From a bacterium (GTDB taxonomy: Bacteria > Bacteroidota > Ignavibacteria > UBA10030), in the NCBI GenBank assembly GCA_043803945.1, contig JAZDJN010000062.1, forward strand, positions 1 to 42,837: a stretch of 42,837 nucleotides of DNA, in the 5' to 3' direction. Positions 1-8,927 of the stretch are shown here, one piece after another. Both the position numbers and the translations under genes were made by a program. Position 1 is the first letter of the stretch. Every line of letters begins with the position of its first letter. Below the pieces are notes generated by a model that saw only the letters and a list, made by a program, of their open reading frames with translations, was not told the DNA's origin and did not search any database.

Positions 1-30
1 TGCCTGACTGGAGAACTAATCCCGCCAAAG

Positions 31-3000
31 ATTTCAATTCCACTCTGGTTCGACTGAATCCTGATTATAGCCTGGGTAAAGTGCAAACCTACACAATTTC
101 AATTCCACTCTGGTTCGACTGAATCGATGTATTTCTTTCCATGTCACAGGCAATCGGCGAAATTTCAATTCCACTCTGGTTCGACTGAATCGAGACCATT
201 GAACAATTAGCAGGAATTGATGAAGCCATTTCAATTCCACTCTGGTTCGACTGAATCCAACGTCAAATTTGACGCTCAGCTATGGGATGTGAAATTTCAA
301 TTCCACTCTGGTTCGACTGAATCGCAAGCCACCCACGATCGATGCGTCGTATACTATAGATTTCAATTCCACTCTGGTTCGACTGAATCGCGAATTTATC
401 GGAAGGAAACAAAATGAGATATAAAATTTCAATTCCACTCTGGTTCGACTGAATCCAAGGAGCAAAACATTTGAAGGAATCGCAGAAGCGAATTTCAATT
501 CCACTCTGGTTCGACTGAATCTAACGATACCTACCTCAAACTTCGCCTTGCTTGGTAATTTCAATTCCACTCTGGTTCGACTGAATCGGTGAACACTATA
601 ACACACCGCAAGACAGACAAGGCAATTTCAATTCCACTCTGGTTCGACTGAATCGTGATGCCTTGCCTTGCAGTTCCGCGCGTGACAGTATTTCAATTCC
701 ACTCTGGTTCGACTGAATCGACGGGAAACATTATTGGTTGACTCCACCGGAGTTGAATTTCAATTCCACTCTGGTTCGACTGAATCCCTGAAAATCGTTG
801 ACCTTTTTGCGTACGATCTCTAATTTCAATTCCACTCTGGTTCGACTGAATCGGAAGCCTTCCATTTCATTCTCATCTTTACGATGTCATTTCAATTCCA
901 CTCTGGTTCGACTGAATCTCGAGAAAAGATCAAAGAAGGTGTCCGGGAAATCAAATTTCAATTCCACTCTGGTTCGACTGAATCTATGAGCTGCACAGAA
1001 CATCGTATGCGGAGCGCCAAATTTCAATTCCACTCTGGTTCGACTGAATCTTCTGAGAGACCATCGAAGTCAGGACGTGCAGGATGATTTCAATTCCACT
1101 CTGGTTCGACTGAATCCGTTTTTAAGCCGTATGTTACGTTCACATGATGGACAATTTCAATTCCACTCTGGTTCGACTGAATCTTGAATTATTGAGAGCG
1201 AGGCAATGACGCATAACATCATTTCAATTCCACTCTGGTTCGACTGAATCCTCGTTCTTAGCACCAAAAAGAACGGCGTAAACACTATTTCAATTCCACT
1301 CTGGTTCGACTGAATCGGAAAAGAAGTGAACGAACTCCAGCGAATACGATATATTTCAATTCCACTCTGGTTCGACTGAATCTTACGGAGTATATCCTGT
1401 CCATGCAACATCAAGGATATTTCAATTCCACTCTGGTTCGACTGAATCAGCATACTGTAGATAAATGAAAGTCGAAAAAAAAATATTTCAATTCCACTCT
1501 GGTTCGACTGAATCAGCGCCCTCTCTCCGTTGATGAAGTATATCAATACAATTTCAATTCCACTCTGGTTCGACTGAATCACGTATGTCAGGGCAAGGGA
1601 TTTAAGAACATCCATCATTTCAATTCCACTCTGGTTCGACTGAATCGACAAACATACATTCGTTCCAGTATCCGCAAAACTTATTTCAATTCCACTCTGG
1701 TTCGACTGAATCGAATGGCCGCCGCTGCATTTGAAGAGCCGATGAATCATTTCAATTCCACTCTGGTTCGACTGAATCGCCGAGAGTAGAGATGTTCGCA
1801 CGGCGACCAAGTGATTTCAATTCCACTCTGGTTCGACTGAATCGGGATTAGCCCCAGCCAGCACCGCAAGGCACTACCAATTTCAATTCCACTCTGGTTC
1901 GACTGAATCCGGACATTGTGATTGGGACTTCGAGGTGATAGCGAATTTCAATTCCACTCTGGTTCGACTGAATCTAGGACGCGACTGCACTCTCTACGAA
2001 GGACGTGCGGATTTCAATTCCACTATGGTTCGACTGAATCCGTTTTGCACGAAAGGAACAATTCAGCAGAAGTATTATTTCAATTCCACTATGGTTCGAC
2101 TGAATCCCGGTCGTTCCAGCAATACCTCGTATAAATATAGCCATTTCAATTCCACTATGGTTCGACTGAATCCGAAGTTGTATAAACGTTGATCGAATAA
2201 TAACCACCTATTTCAATTCCACTATGGTTCGACTGAATCCACAGTTCCAGAATGGATTATTTCACGGGATCACTTATTTCAATTCCACTATGGTTCGACT
2301 GAATCCACTCAAATGGCCTGGGCAGGTGCCGGCGCTGCTCAGTTTCAATTCCACTCTGGTTCGACTGAATCTCAGCAGAAGGGGCAAGTGTCAAAGCACA
2401 CTACCGAGTTTCAATTCCACTCTGGTTCGACTGAATCTTATGAAATAGATGATGTGAGCCTAACCGAAGCCACGTTTCAATTCCACTCTGGTTCGACTGA
2501 ATCGAGCCAGATGGCAATGGAGGGAAAGCATCATTCTCCGTTTCAATTCCACTCTGGTTCGACTGAATCTGTAACACACCCAAAGAACTTGTTCAAGATT
2601 GGCGCGTTTCAATTCCACTCTGGTTCGACTGAATCCACGATGTAATGAATTCTTTCTGAACGGCAATTTCAGTTTCAATTCCACTCTGGTTCGACTGAAT
2701 CGAATTCTTTTCCCGATGTTCGACGGGTGTTTCTCAAGTTTCAATTCCACTCTGGTTCGACTGAATCCTGCGGGCGTAGGATCGAATCCAGGCAGGGGAG
2801 CTAGTTTCAATTCCACTCTGGTTCGACTGAATCCGATCTTCGGAGTATTGTTAGTCGTCGTTTTGGTTGCGTTTCAATTCCACTCTGGTTCGACTGAATC
2901 GAATGAAAACCTTCATGAAAATATTCATTCTTTTGAGTTTCAATTCCACTCTGGTTCGACTGAATCAATCATGTTCTACGCAACAACACCATATTCATAT

Positions 3001-5476
3001 TTGTTTCAATTCCACTCTGGTTCGACTGAATCGAACAGTTACTTATTCAGGTGGTTCAATACTTATGAGTTTCAATTCCACTCTGGTTCGACTGAATCCA
3101 GCGACAGTAGAGGTTGCTGCTTCGTTAAGTCCGGTTTCAATTCCACTCTGGTTCGACTGAATCGCAAGGATCGAGATTAAAGTCACAAGAAACACAAATG
3201 TTTCAATTCCACTCTGGTTCGACTGAATCTTCTGCGGGTATTATTACAGCAGTGCAATTTGTAGGGTTTCAATTCCACTCTGGTTCGACTGAATCAGGTA
3301 ACGATTGACGATTCAGTAAAAGTGACGTATCGTTTCAATTCCACTCTGGTTCGACTGAATCATGTTCTCATAGTGCTGATACTGTTGCTCGTAACCGGTT
3401 TCAATTCCACTCTGGTTCGACTGAATCCGATGGCGATATAACTGAGACCTCATTCGATGCCTGGTTTCAATTCCACTCTGGTTCGACTGAATCGAGGATA
3501 GTAAACACATACAGTGGAATTGCTGACAAGTTTCAATTCCAATCTGGTTCGACTGAATCCCGTATAAGCCGTTACGACTAACTTATCTGAGCTTGGTTTC
3601 AATTCCACTCTGGTTCGACTGAATCGGGATTTTGTCCGATCGGTCAAGAGATTGTTTATACGTTTCAATTCCACTCTGGTTCGACTGAATCGGTTCAGAC
3701 TCGTGCGAAACATCTCACGAGTGCAATGTTTCAATTCCACTCTGGTTCGACTGAATCTACAGCATACACATTGCCCGTTGTAGATTCTGTCGCGTTTCAA
3801 TTCCACTCTGGTTCGACTGAATCGCTAAACTTCACAAGGTCATCTTTGCCTAACATCATGTTTCAATTCCACTCTGGTTCGACTGAATCATTGCTTCTTG
3901 ATATGGAGCACCGTTGACTGATACAGTTTCAATTCCACTCTGGTTCGACTGAATCACTTCGGTGTCGAAGGCGAGTATGCTGTTCTTGTTAGTTTCAATT
4001 CCACTCTGGTTCGACTGAATCCTGAGTGACGCAAGCATTGATTATCTCTGTGAGAAGTTTCAATTCCACTCTGGTTCGACTGAATCCATCCAATCAAATT
4101 TGCCTACGATATCTAATGCACAGTTTCAATTCCACTCTGGTTCGACTGAATCTTTGTATTGTTTTATCTTCAATAGATTGAGTCACCTGTTTCAATTCCA
4201 CTCTGGTTCGACTGAATCTCCGTTAATAGACCATCTCACATTAATTGTACAATCGTTTCAATTCCACTCTGGTTCGACTGAATCGGAGGATTTCGGTATA
4301 GATACTGTATCCCATATCGTGTTTCAATTCCACTCTGGTTCGACTGAATCCCGCCCCAAAGGCATTGACCGTCGTGGCCGTCGCAGTTTCAATTCCACTC
4401 TGGTTCGACTGAATCGTAGAACCGATAATCCAATTCGACAGATTTTGAGCTGGTTTCAATTCCACTCTGGTTCGACTGAATCAAACATTTGAGCATCCAG
4501 CCACCTTTCCCGAATTATGTTTCAATTCCACTCTGGTTCGACTGAATCTATATTCGTGATACTGCCTGTATTTCTTTGCTTCGTAGTTTCAATTCCACTC
4601 TGGTTCGACTGAATCTGATGCTCGCTGATAGTTCTGCGTTGACTACTTTCCGTTTCAATTCCACTCTGGTTCGACTGAATCTGTATCTCTTCTAAAGCAT
4701 TAGCCTGACCCTTTGCAGTTTCAATTCCACTCTGGTTCGACTGAATCTACTTTTTAACGAGAGGAATGTATTTTGTGGATGTTGTTTCAATTCCACTCTG
4801 GTTCGACTGAATCAGGGATTTCTGGGCAAGTTCAGAGTTGTCACAAGATGTTTCAATTCCACTCTGGTTCGACTGAATCATCTGTTCTATATACATTTGG
4901 AACGCCCGCTACAGGGTTTCAATTCCACTCTGGTTCGACTGAATCAATAAAAATTCAACTGAGCCTGACATCGTTAAGGTAGTTTCAATTCCACTCTGGT
5001 TCGACTGAATCCAAAAATGTGTTACTGAATCGAGGATACTTATTTACGTTTCAATTCCACTCTGGTTCGACTGAATCGCGCACAAGCCACAAGTGACATT
5101 TTTGTCGTCAAACCGTTTCAATTCCACTCTGGTTCGACTGAATCCCACACTCGTAACATTCGAGAGTAGAGAAATATCGAGGTTTCAATTCCACTCTGGT
5201 TCGACTGAATCTTGTATCTCTTCTAAAGCATTAGCCTGACCCTTTGCAGTTTCAATTCCACTCTGGTTCGACTGAATCAGTCAAGGATAAAGACCGTTGA
5301 GCCATCTATTCTCAGTTTCAATTCCACTCTGGTTCGACTGAATCGAGATCGGATCGTTTTATGGTGGGACACTTTGGCACGTTTCAATTCCACTCTGGTT
5401 CGACTGAATCACCAGCGTGTCAATCGAAACAACCTGCTTTGCAATCGTTTCAATTCCACTCTGGTTCGACTGAATC
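31..5476 (-). CRISPR. CRISPR array, 83 repeats / 82 internal spacers by manual count; 30-nt repeat, crRNA sense GATTCAGTCGAACCAGAGTGGAATTGAAA(C/T); spacers about 35-37 nt; probably continues beyond the left edge
   Basis: + strand RTTTCAATTCCACTCTGGTTCGACTGAATC recurs every ~66 nt from 31 to 5447. The ATTGAAAC/T 3' end on the minus strand is typical of Cas6-processed type I-B/III repeats. Adjacent to cas2. Confidence 0.99.
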
Positions 5477-5576
5477 CCGCTAAAAACCCCCTAAAAAATG
5501 CCGCGCTCAGCGGTTATATTACTACTCCAATCGTCATCCTATCATTATGCAAAAACACAGGGGGTCTGACGACTTA
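5477..5576 (-). promoter_or_regulatory. CRISPR leader (~100 nt)
   Basis: Non-coding gap between the cas2 stop and the first repeat. Minus strand has GTCGTCAGACCCCC...GATGACGAT inverted half-sites and ends TTTTAGCGG at the repeat, resembling type I-B leaders. Confidence 0.8.
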
Positions 5577-5840
5577 TTACAACACGGTCTCGCTTCCTCC
5601 TTTTTCTGTTCCTATGATCTTCTTTTCCATGCGCGATTCGTCCTCAAATTGATAAATTATTACCGAGTCTTTCTCTAGATTGATCTTCTTCTTCAATCCT
5701 ATTTCCATCTCCTTATACTTTCCCTCAGTCAACCCCCCTTCGAATACACTGTTTTGCACCCAATTCAGATATCCGCGTAAATACTTCAGCACTTTTACGA
5801 CACGTTTTTCTTCAATATCATACACCACTATCACATACAT
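5577..5840 (-). CDS. cas2: CRISPR-associated endoribonuclease Cas2
   Basis: 87 aa, MYVIVVYDI...WVQNSVFEG...DSVIIY Cas2 signature. Confidence 0.98.
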   Translation of the reverse strand: MYVIVVYDIEEKRVVKVLKYLRGYLNWVQNSVFEGGLTEGKYKEMEIGLKKKINLEKDSVIIYQFEDESRMEKKIIGTEKGGSETVL

Positions 5841-5862
5841 TATTTTATACCTCTTCGTCGAT

Positions 5863-5906
5863 GAAGGTCACCTTCGGCTGTGATCTATCTAGAGAAGGTG
5901 ACCTTC
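5863..5906. repeat. REP-like inverted doublet GAAGGTCACCTTC / GAAGGTGACCTTC in the cas1-cas2 gap
   Basis: 13-mers at 5863-5875 and 5894-5906 are exact reverse complements, each itself palindromic, 18 nt apart. Confidence 0.85.
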
Positions 5907-5908
5907 TA

Positions 5909-7060
5909 TTACCACCACGCCCGAAATGCTTTGTACTCTTCGCCGGAAGTTATATGGCGTACTAACTTGTATGCTTCCAACCGAATCAAATGACGGTACG
6001 AAACATTTCTGCCTAATGCACGGTGCTTGATGGTCGTCTTCAACCGCTCGTCGTATTCCTGTACAATAATTTTCCTCCCCGACTCTTCCAAATAGCAGCA
6101 ATTCAATTCCGCCTTAAAATGCTTTTCCTGAATTTGCTTTGCATTCAACAACCGAAAGATCATTCGATCCGCCAACAATGGCTTAAATATTTCAGCCAAA
6201 TCTAAAGCCAATGAATAGCGTCGTTCACCAGGTCCGTGCAAATAACTTACTGTCGGTTCCAGGTGAGTATGATAGATTTCGCTCAACACCGTGGAATATA
6301 CCAAACCGTTAGCAAACGAAATGAGTGCATTGATCGCATTATCAGGTGGATGTTTCACCCTTTTATCCAGCGCAAATTCCTGCCCCACAATTTGACCCCA
6401 ACAATTATAATAACGGTCCCGTATATTACCTTCCACTCCCATCAATTCTTTGGTCGTATCAGTGCGTGCAATGCCATCCCGTAGGTTTTCTATCTCTTCA
6501 ATCTCCGCTGTAAAGTCTATCGACTTCTCTTCCGTTCCTTTCGATGGCTTCGAATAGTATTGTAGGTTTTTGACAATGTTGTATGATGCTGCATCTATGA
6601 ACTCCCGCGCAATCATCAACCGCCTGTGTGTATCAAGATACGCCCTCACCTGCTCCACGACGGTGAACCCCGACGGCAAGTAGTCACGCGGAATGAAGCT
6701 GCCTGCATAATGTCCGTAATAATTAAACAGGTGCAGCGGAATATGATGCTGAGACAGGAAATTGAAGAATTTGCTGTTGTAATCCATCTCACCGAAACAA
6801 TAGAACGCTTCAATATCCTGCACAGGCAATGGCTTACGTGTTACTCTTCCGGTGTCCGGGTTTTTTTCACTCTCTTCCGTAAAGCCGGCAAGAATCTCTT
6901 CATCAATACCGGGATCGATGTCAGTGGAAATATCAGATGGCGGATTTCGGATAGCAGATTCTTCTTGGGGGTTAGCAGGTTTTGACACAGGTTCAAAGAA
7001 GATGGTATTATCTTTTCTTCTCAACCTGCCGGATGACATTATGTAATAAGGTCGTTTCAT
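5909..7060 (-). CDS. cas1: CRISPR-associated endonuclease Cas1 (type I-B style) with an acidic N-terminal insertion
   Basis: GRLRRKDNT, LMGVEG, NALISFAN, SYLH, LALDLAEIFKP motifs and FRAWW end. Confidence 0.98.
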   Translation of the reverse strand: MKRPYYIMSSGRLRRKDNTIFFEPVSKPANPQEESAIRNPPSDISTDIDPGIDEEILAGFTEESEKNPDTGRVTRKPLPVQDIEAFYCFGEMDYNSKFFNFLSQHHIPLHLFNYYGHYAGSFIPRDYLPSGFTVVEQVRAYLDTHRRLMIAREFIDAASYNIVKNLQYYSKPSKGTEEKSIDFTAEIEEIENLRDGIARTDTTKELMGVEGNIRDRYYNCWGQIVGQEFALDKRVKHPPDNAINALISFANGLVYSTVLSEIYHTHLEPTVSYLHGPGERRYSLALDLAEIFKPLLADRMIFRLLNAKQIQEKHFKAELNCCYLEESGRKIIVQEYDERLKTTIKHRALGRNVSYRHLIRLEAYKLVRHITSGEEYKAFRAWW

Positions 7061-7066
7061 TTAAAT

Positions 7067-7162
7067 CGGATAGCAGATATCAAATAACAGATGACAAAAA
7101 ACAGATGACAGATGACGGATGACAAATAACAAACGACAAATGACAAATAAATAATAGCAAAT
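7067..7162 (+). repeat. Degenerate heptamer tandem array (CAGATGA / CAAATAA-like)
   Basis: CGGATAG CAGATAT CAAATAA CAGATGA ... CAGATGA CGGATGA CAAATAA CAAACGA CAAATGA visible directly. Confidence 0.85.
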
Positions 7163-7173
7163 TGAATTCATAA

Positions 7174-7539
7174 TCATATAGAACGGCTGAGAAATGTTAT
7201 AAATCCGGCTGTTTGATTTATGATCGAGACACTGAGAGTGAATGCCTCCTCAAATTCGGATTGTGAGATATATTGCAGATCGAGTGCAACATAGAGTTGA
7301 CTTCTCAATTCTCCGACAGAACCTTTTGCATGATACAGGAAAGCGATGAACTCCTTTTTCGTGTGTCGTTCGTAACCCTCGGCGATATTAGACATCACGG
7401 AAACCGCTGATCGCTGCATCTGATCTTTCAGACCGTAATCGGAAGACAATTTTCCTTTTGCCGTTAATCTATAGATTATCGATGTAAGCTTCCGTGCATC
7501 CTGCCAGACAGGCATATCTTCAAATCGTTTAAACTTCAT
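7174..7539 (-). CDS. Four-helix-bundle protein (23S rRNA intervening-sequence protein family)
   Basis: 121 aa with FEDMPVWQ, LKDQMQRSAVSVMSNIAEGYER and AKGSVGELRSQL family motifs. Confidence 0.93.
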   Translation of the reverse strand: MKFKRFEDMPVWQDARKLTSIIYRLTAKGKLSSDYGLKDQMQRSAVSVMSNIAEGYERHTKKEFIAFLYHAKGSVGELRSQLYVALDLQYISQSEFEEAFTLSVSIINQTAGFITFLSRSI

Positions 7540-7552
7540 TTTGTTCCTTTTT

Positions 7553-7687
7553 ATTATCAGTCTTTCGCAATCTGTTATTCGCTATTAGCATTCTGCTTTT
7601 GTTTTCTGCTATCCGCTATTTGCTATCTGTCATTTTACTTATACGCTATCTGTCATATGCAATCCGTTATTCGTTATCTGCCATTTT
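7553..7687 (-). repeat. Degenerate heptamer array, inverted relative to 7067-7162
   Basis: + strand reads TCTGCTA TCCGCTA TTTGCTA TCTGTCA..., i.e. CAGATAG / CGGATAG / CAAATAG units on the minus strand. Confidence 0.85.
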
Positions 7688-7689
7688 AT

Positions 7690-8202
7690 TTATACCCAGC
7701 AAAGCTCAAAATAACTGCACATCTTACAAAAGCGTCTCGATTTCTTTTCTGGTGCAGATGCGGACTCGACAACTTCTTCGATCTTTTTCAGCACTTCGAT
7801 TATTTCTTCTTCCGTTTGTTCGTTTAACTCTACAGATACCTTTTGTCTTAACTTCGGATAATCGAGTTCTCCTTTCAATCCCGACACTCCTTTTTGTTTG
7901 AGATACCATAAGTAATACAACACCTGCCACCGATGCGCTTCTTCAAGGCTGTCGGACTTCTTCACCTCGTGTAACACACCGTTCTTACTATCGATCCAAT
8001 CAATCACAATTGCGTTGTCAATCTCGATCTGTTTTTCTTTCCGTGCATAGCTTGATTCATCTATGAGCTTACCCAAGAGAACGGTATCAGACGTATGCTC
8101 CATAACCAAACCACGCGAGAATAGCCACAGTTTACGCTTGCACACAAAATAATAATTTAAATGTGTGCCGGATATATTGTGCCTGAAGGTTTCCTTCATC
8201 AT
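7690..8202 (-). CDS. cas4: CRISPR-associated exonuclease Cas4
   Basis: YYFVCKRKLWLF, IDW, HEVKKS, QVLYYL and C-terminal CKMCSYFELC Fe-S cysteines. Confidence 0.97.
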   Translation of the reverse strand: MMKETFRHNISGTHLNYYFVCKRKLWLFSRGLVMEHTSDTVLLGKLIDESSYARKEKQIEIDNAIVIDWIDSKNGVLHEVKKSDSLEEAHRWQVLYYLWYLKQKGVSGLKGELDYPKLRQKVSVELNEQTEEEIIEVLKKIEEVVESASAPEKKSRRFCKMCSYFELCWV

Positions 8203-8394
8203 AGGTTTAGTCAGAAAGAAGGAAACCTTCTACATAAGGTAACACTCTTTTCCAGTAATCTTTCTCTGCCCGCTCATCTTTCAACACCTGCTGCACAAAT
8301 TCTATATAATCCTCGCCCAAATCAGCAAAAGGTTTCCTTCCGCTTGTTAAAGGCTTCCTTCTGTTAGGAATAACCTTAGTTGAAGGAAGCCTTT
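8185..8394. repeat. Cluster of REP-like palindromes overlapping the cas4 start and the RAYT 3' end
   Basis: GAAGGTTTCCTTC 8185-8197 / GAAGGAAACCTTC 8218-8230 (reverse complements); AAAGGTTTCCTTC 8328-8340; AAAGGCTTCCTTC 8349-8361 / GAAGGAAGCCTTT 8382-8394 (reverse complements). Confidence 0.85.
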
Positions 8395-8830
8395 TACCCA
8401 GGTACTCTACAAAGTTCGAAAACTTCCACTCCTCCGGTTCCCGCACTAATCCCGCCCTCACCGGATTCAAATGAATATAACACGCCACGTCCTGCACGGC
8501 ATCTTCCGGAACAGACTTATAACGAAATGGACCCTGAAACAAATGCCCGATATGCCCATACTTTAAATTGTATCGCTTTGCGGCAGATGTCGCCAACGCA
8601 CCCATCATATCCGACAAACAACCGCCCTGTTTCTGCAGAGCAAGGATGTGGTAATGATTCGGCATCAACGCGTACGCTGGCACAAGGACAGAATATTTAA
8701 CGGCAAGTGATTTCATCTTCCTAATAAACGCTTCATAATCCGATGCATCGGCAAAGATACGCTCTTTATCGTTCCCACGGTTATATACATGGTAAAACCG
8801 ATCATCTTCTATTTTTTCTTCTCTGTTCAT
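8207..8830 (-). CDS. REP-associated tyrosine transposase (RAYT / TnpA-REP, Y1 HUH family) inside the cas operon
   Basis: YHVYNRG, HUH motif LMPNHYHIL, GHLFQGPF, catalytic-Tyr motif YIHLNPVRAGLV, WKFSN; flanked by palindromic doublets. Confidence 0.93.
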   Translation of the reverse strand: MNREEKIEDDRFYHVYNRGNDKERIFADASDYEAFIRKMKSLAVKYSVLVPAYALMPNHYHILALQKQGGCLSDMMGALATSAAKRYNLKYGHIGHLFQGPFRYKSVPEDAVQDVACYIHLNPVRAGLVREPEEWKFSNFVEYLGKRLPSTKVIPNRRKPLTSGRKPFADLGEDYIEFVQQVLKDERAEKDYWKRVLPYVEGFLLSD

Positions 8831-8852
8831 ATCTTTTATAGAAGGTGTAGCG

Positions 8853-8900
8853 GAAGGTTACCTTCTGCTTATTCGTGCTTAGTTGAAGGTAACCTTCAAC
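8853..8900. repeat. REP-like inverted doublet between cas7 and the RAYT
   Basis: GAAGGTTACCTTC 8853-8865 (preceded by GTAGCG) and GAAGGTAACCTTC 8885-8897, which extends to the palindrome GTTGAAGGT-A-ACCTTCAAC at 8882-8900. Confidence 0.88.
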
Positions 8901-8927
8901 CGAGGGACGAGAAATTCTTTAGCTATG

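Noticed and set aside
31-5476. Self-targeting CRISPR spacers within the window
   Set aside because: None spotted by eye, but the comparison was not exhaustive; a blastn-short of all spacers is needed.
34-5652. Many 60-217 aa ORFs in the ORF track (FQFHSGSTES, FSRTRVELK, IQSNQSGIE repeats)
   Set aside because: They are translations of the CRISPR repeat; the 66-nt period keeps frames open.
7174-7539. Possible diversity-generating retroelement (Avd-like fold)
   Set aside because: No reverse transcriptase and no TR/VR pair seen in the window.
7599-7901. ORF beginning MFSAIRYLLSVILLIRYLSYAIRYSLSAI
   Set aside because: Translation of the heptamer array plus the antisense of cas4.
8207-8830. IS200/IS605 insertion sequence or CRISPR-associated transposon (CAST)
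   Set aside because: No tnpB and no TnsABC/TniQ; Cas3 is intact; the NP(V)xAG motif and multiple dispersed palindromes fit a RAYT.
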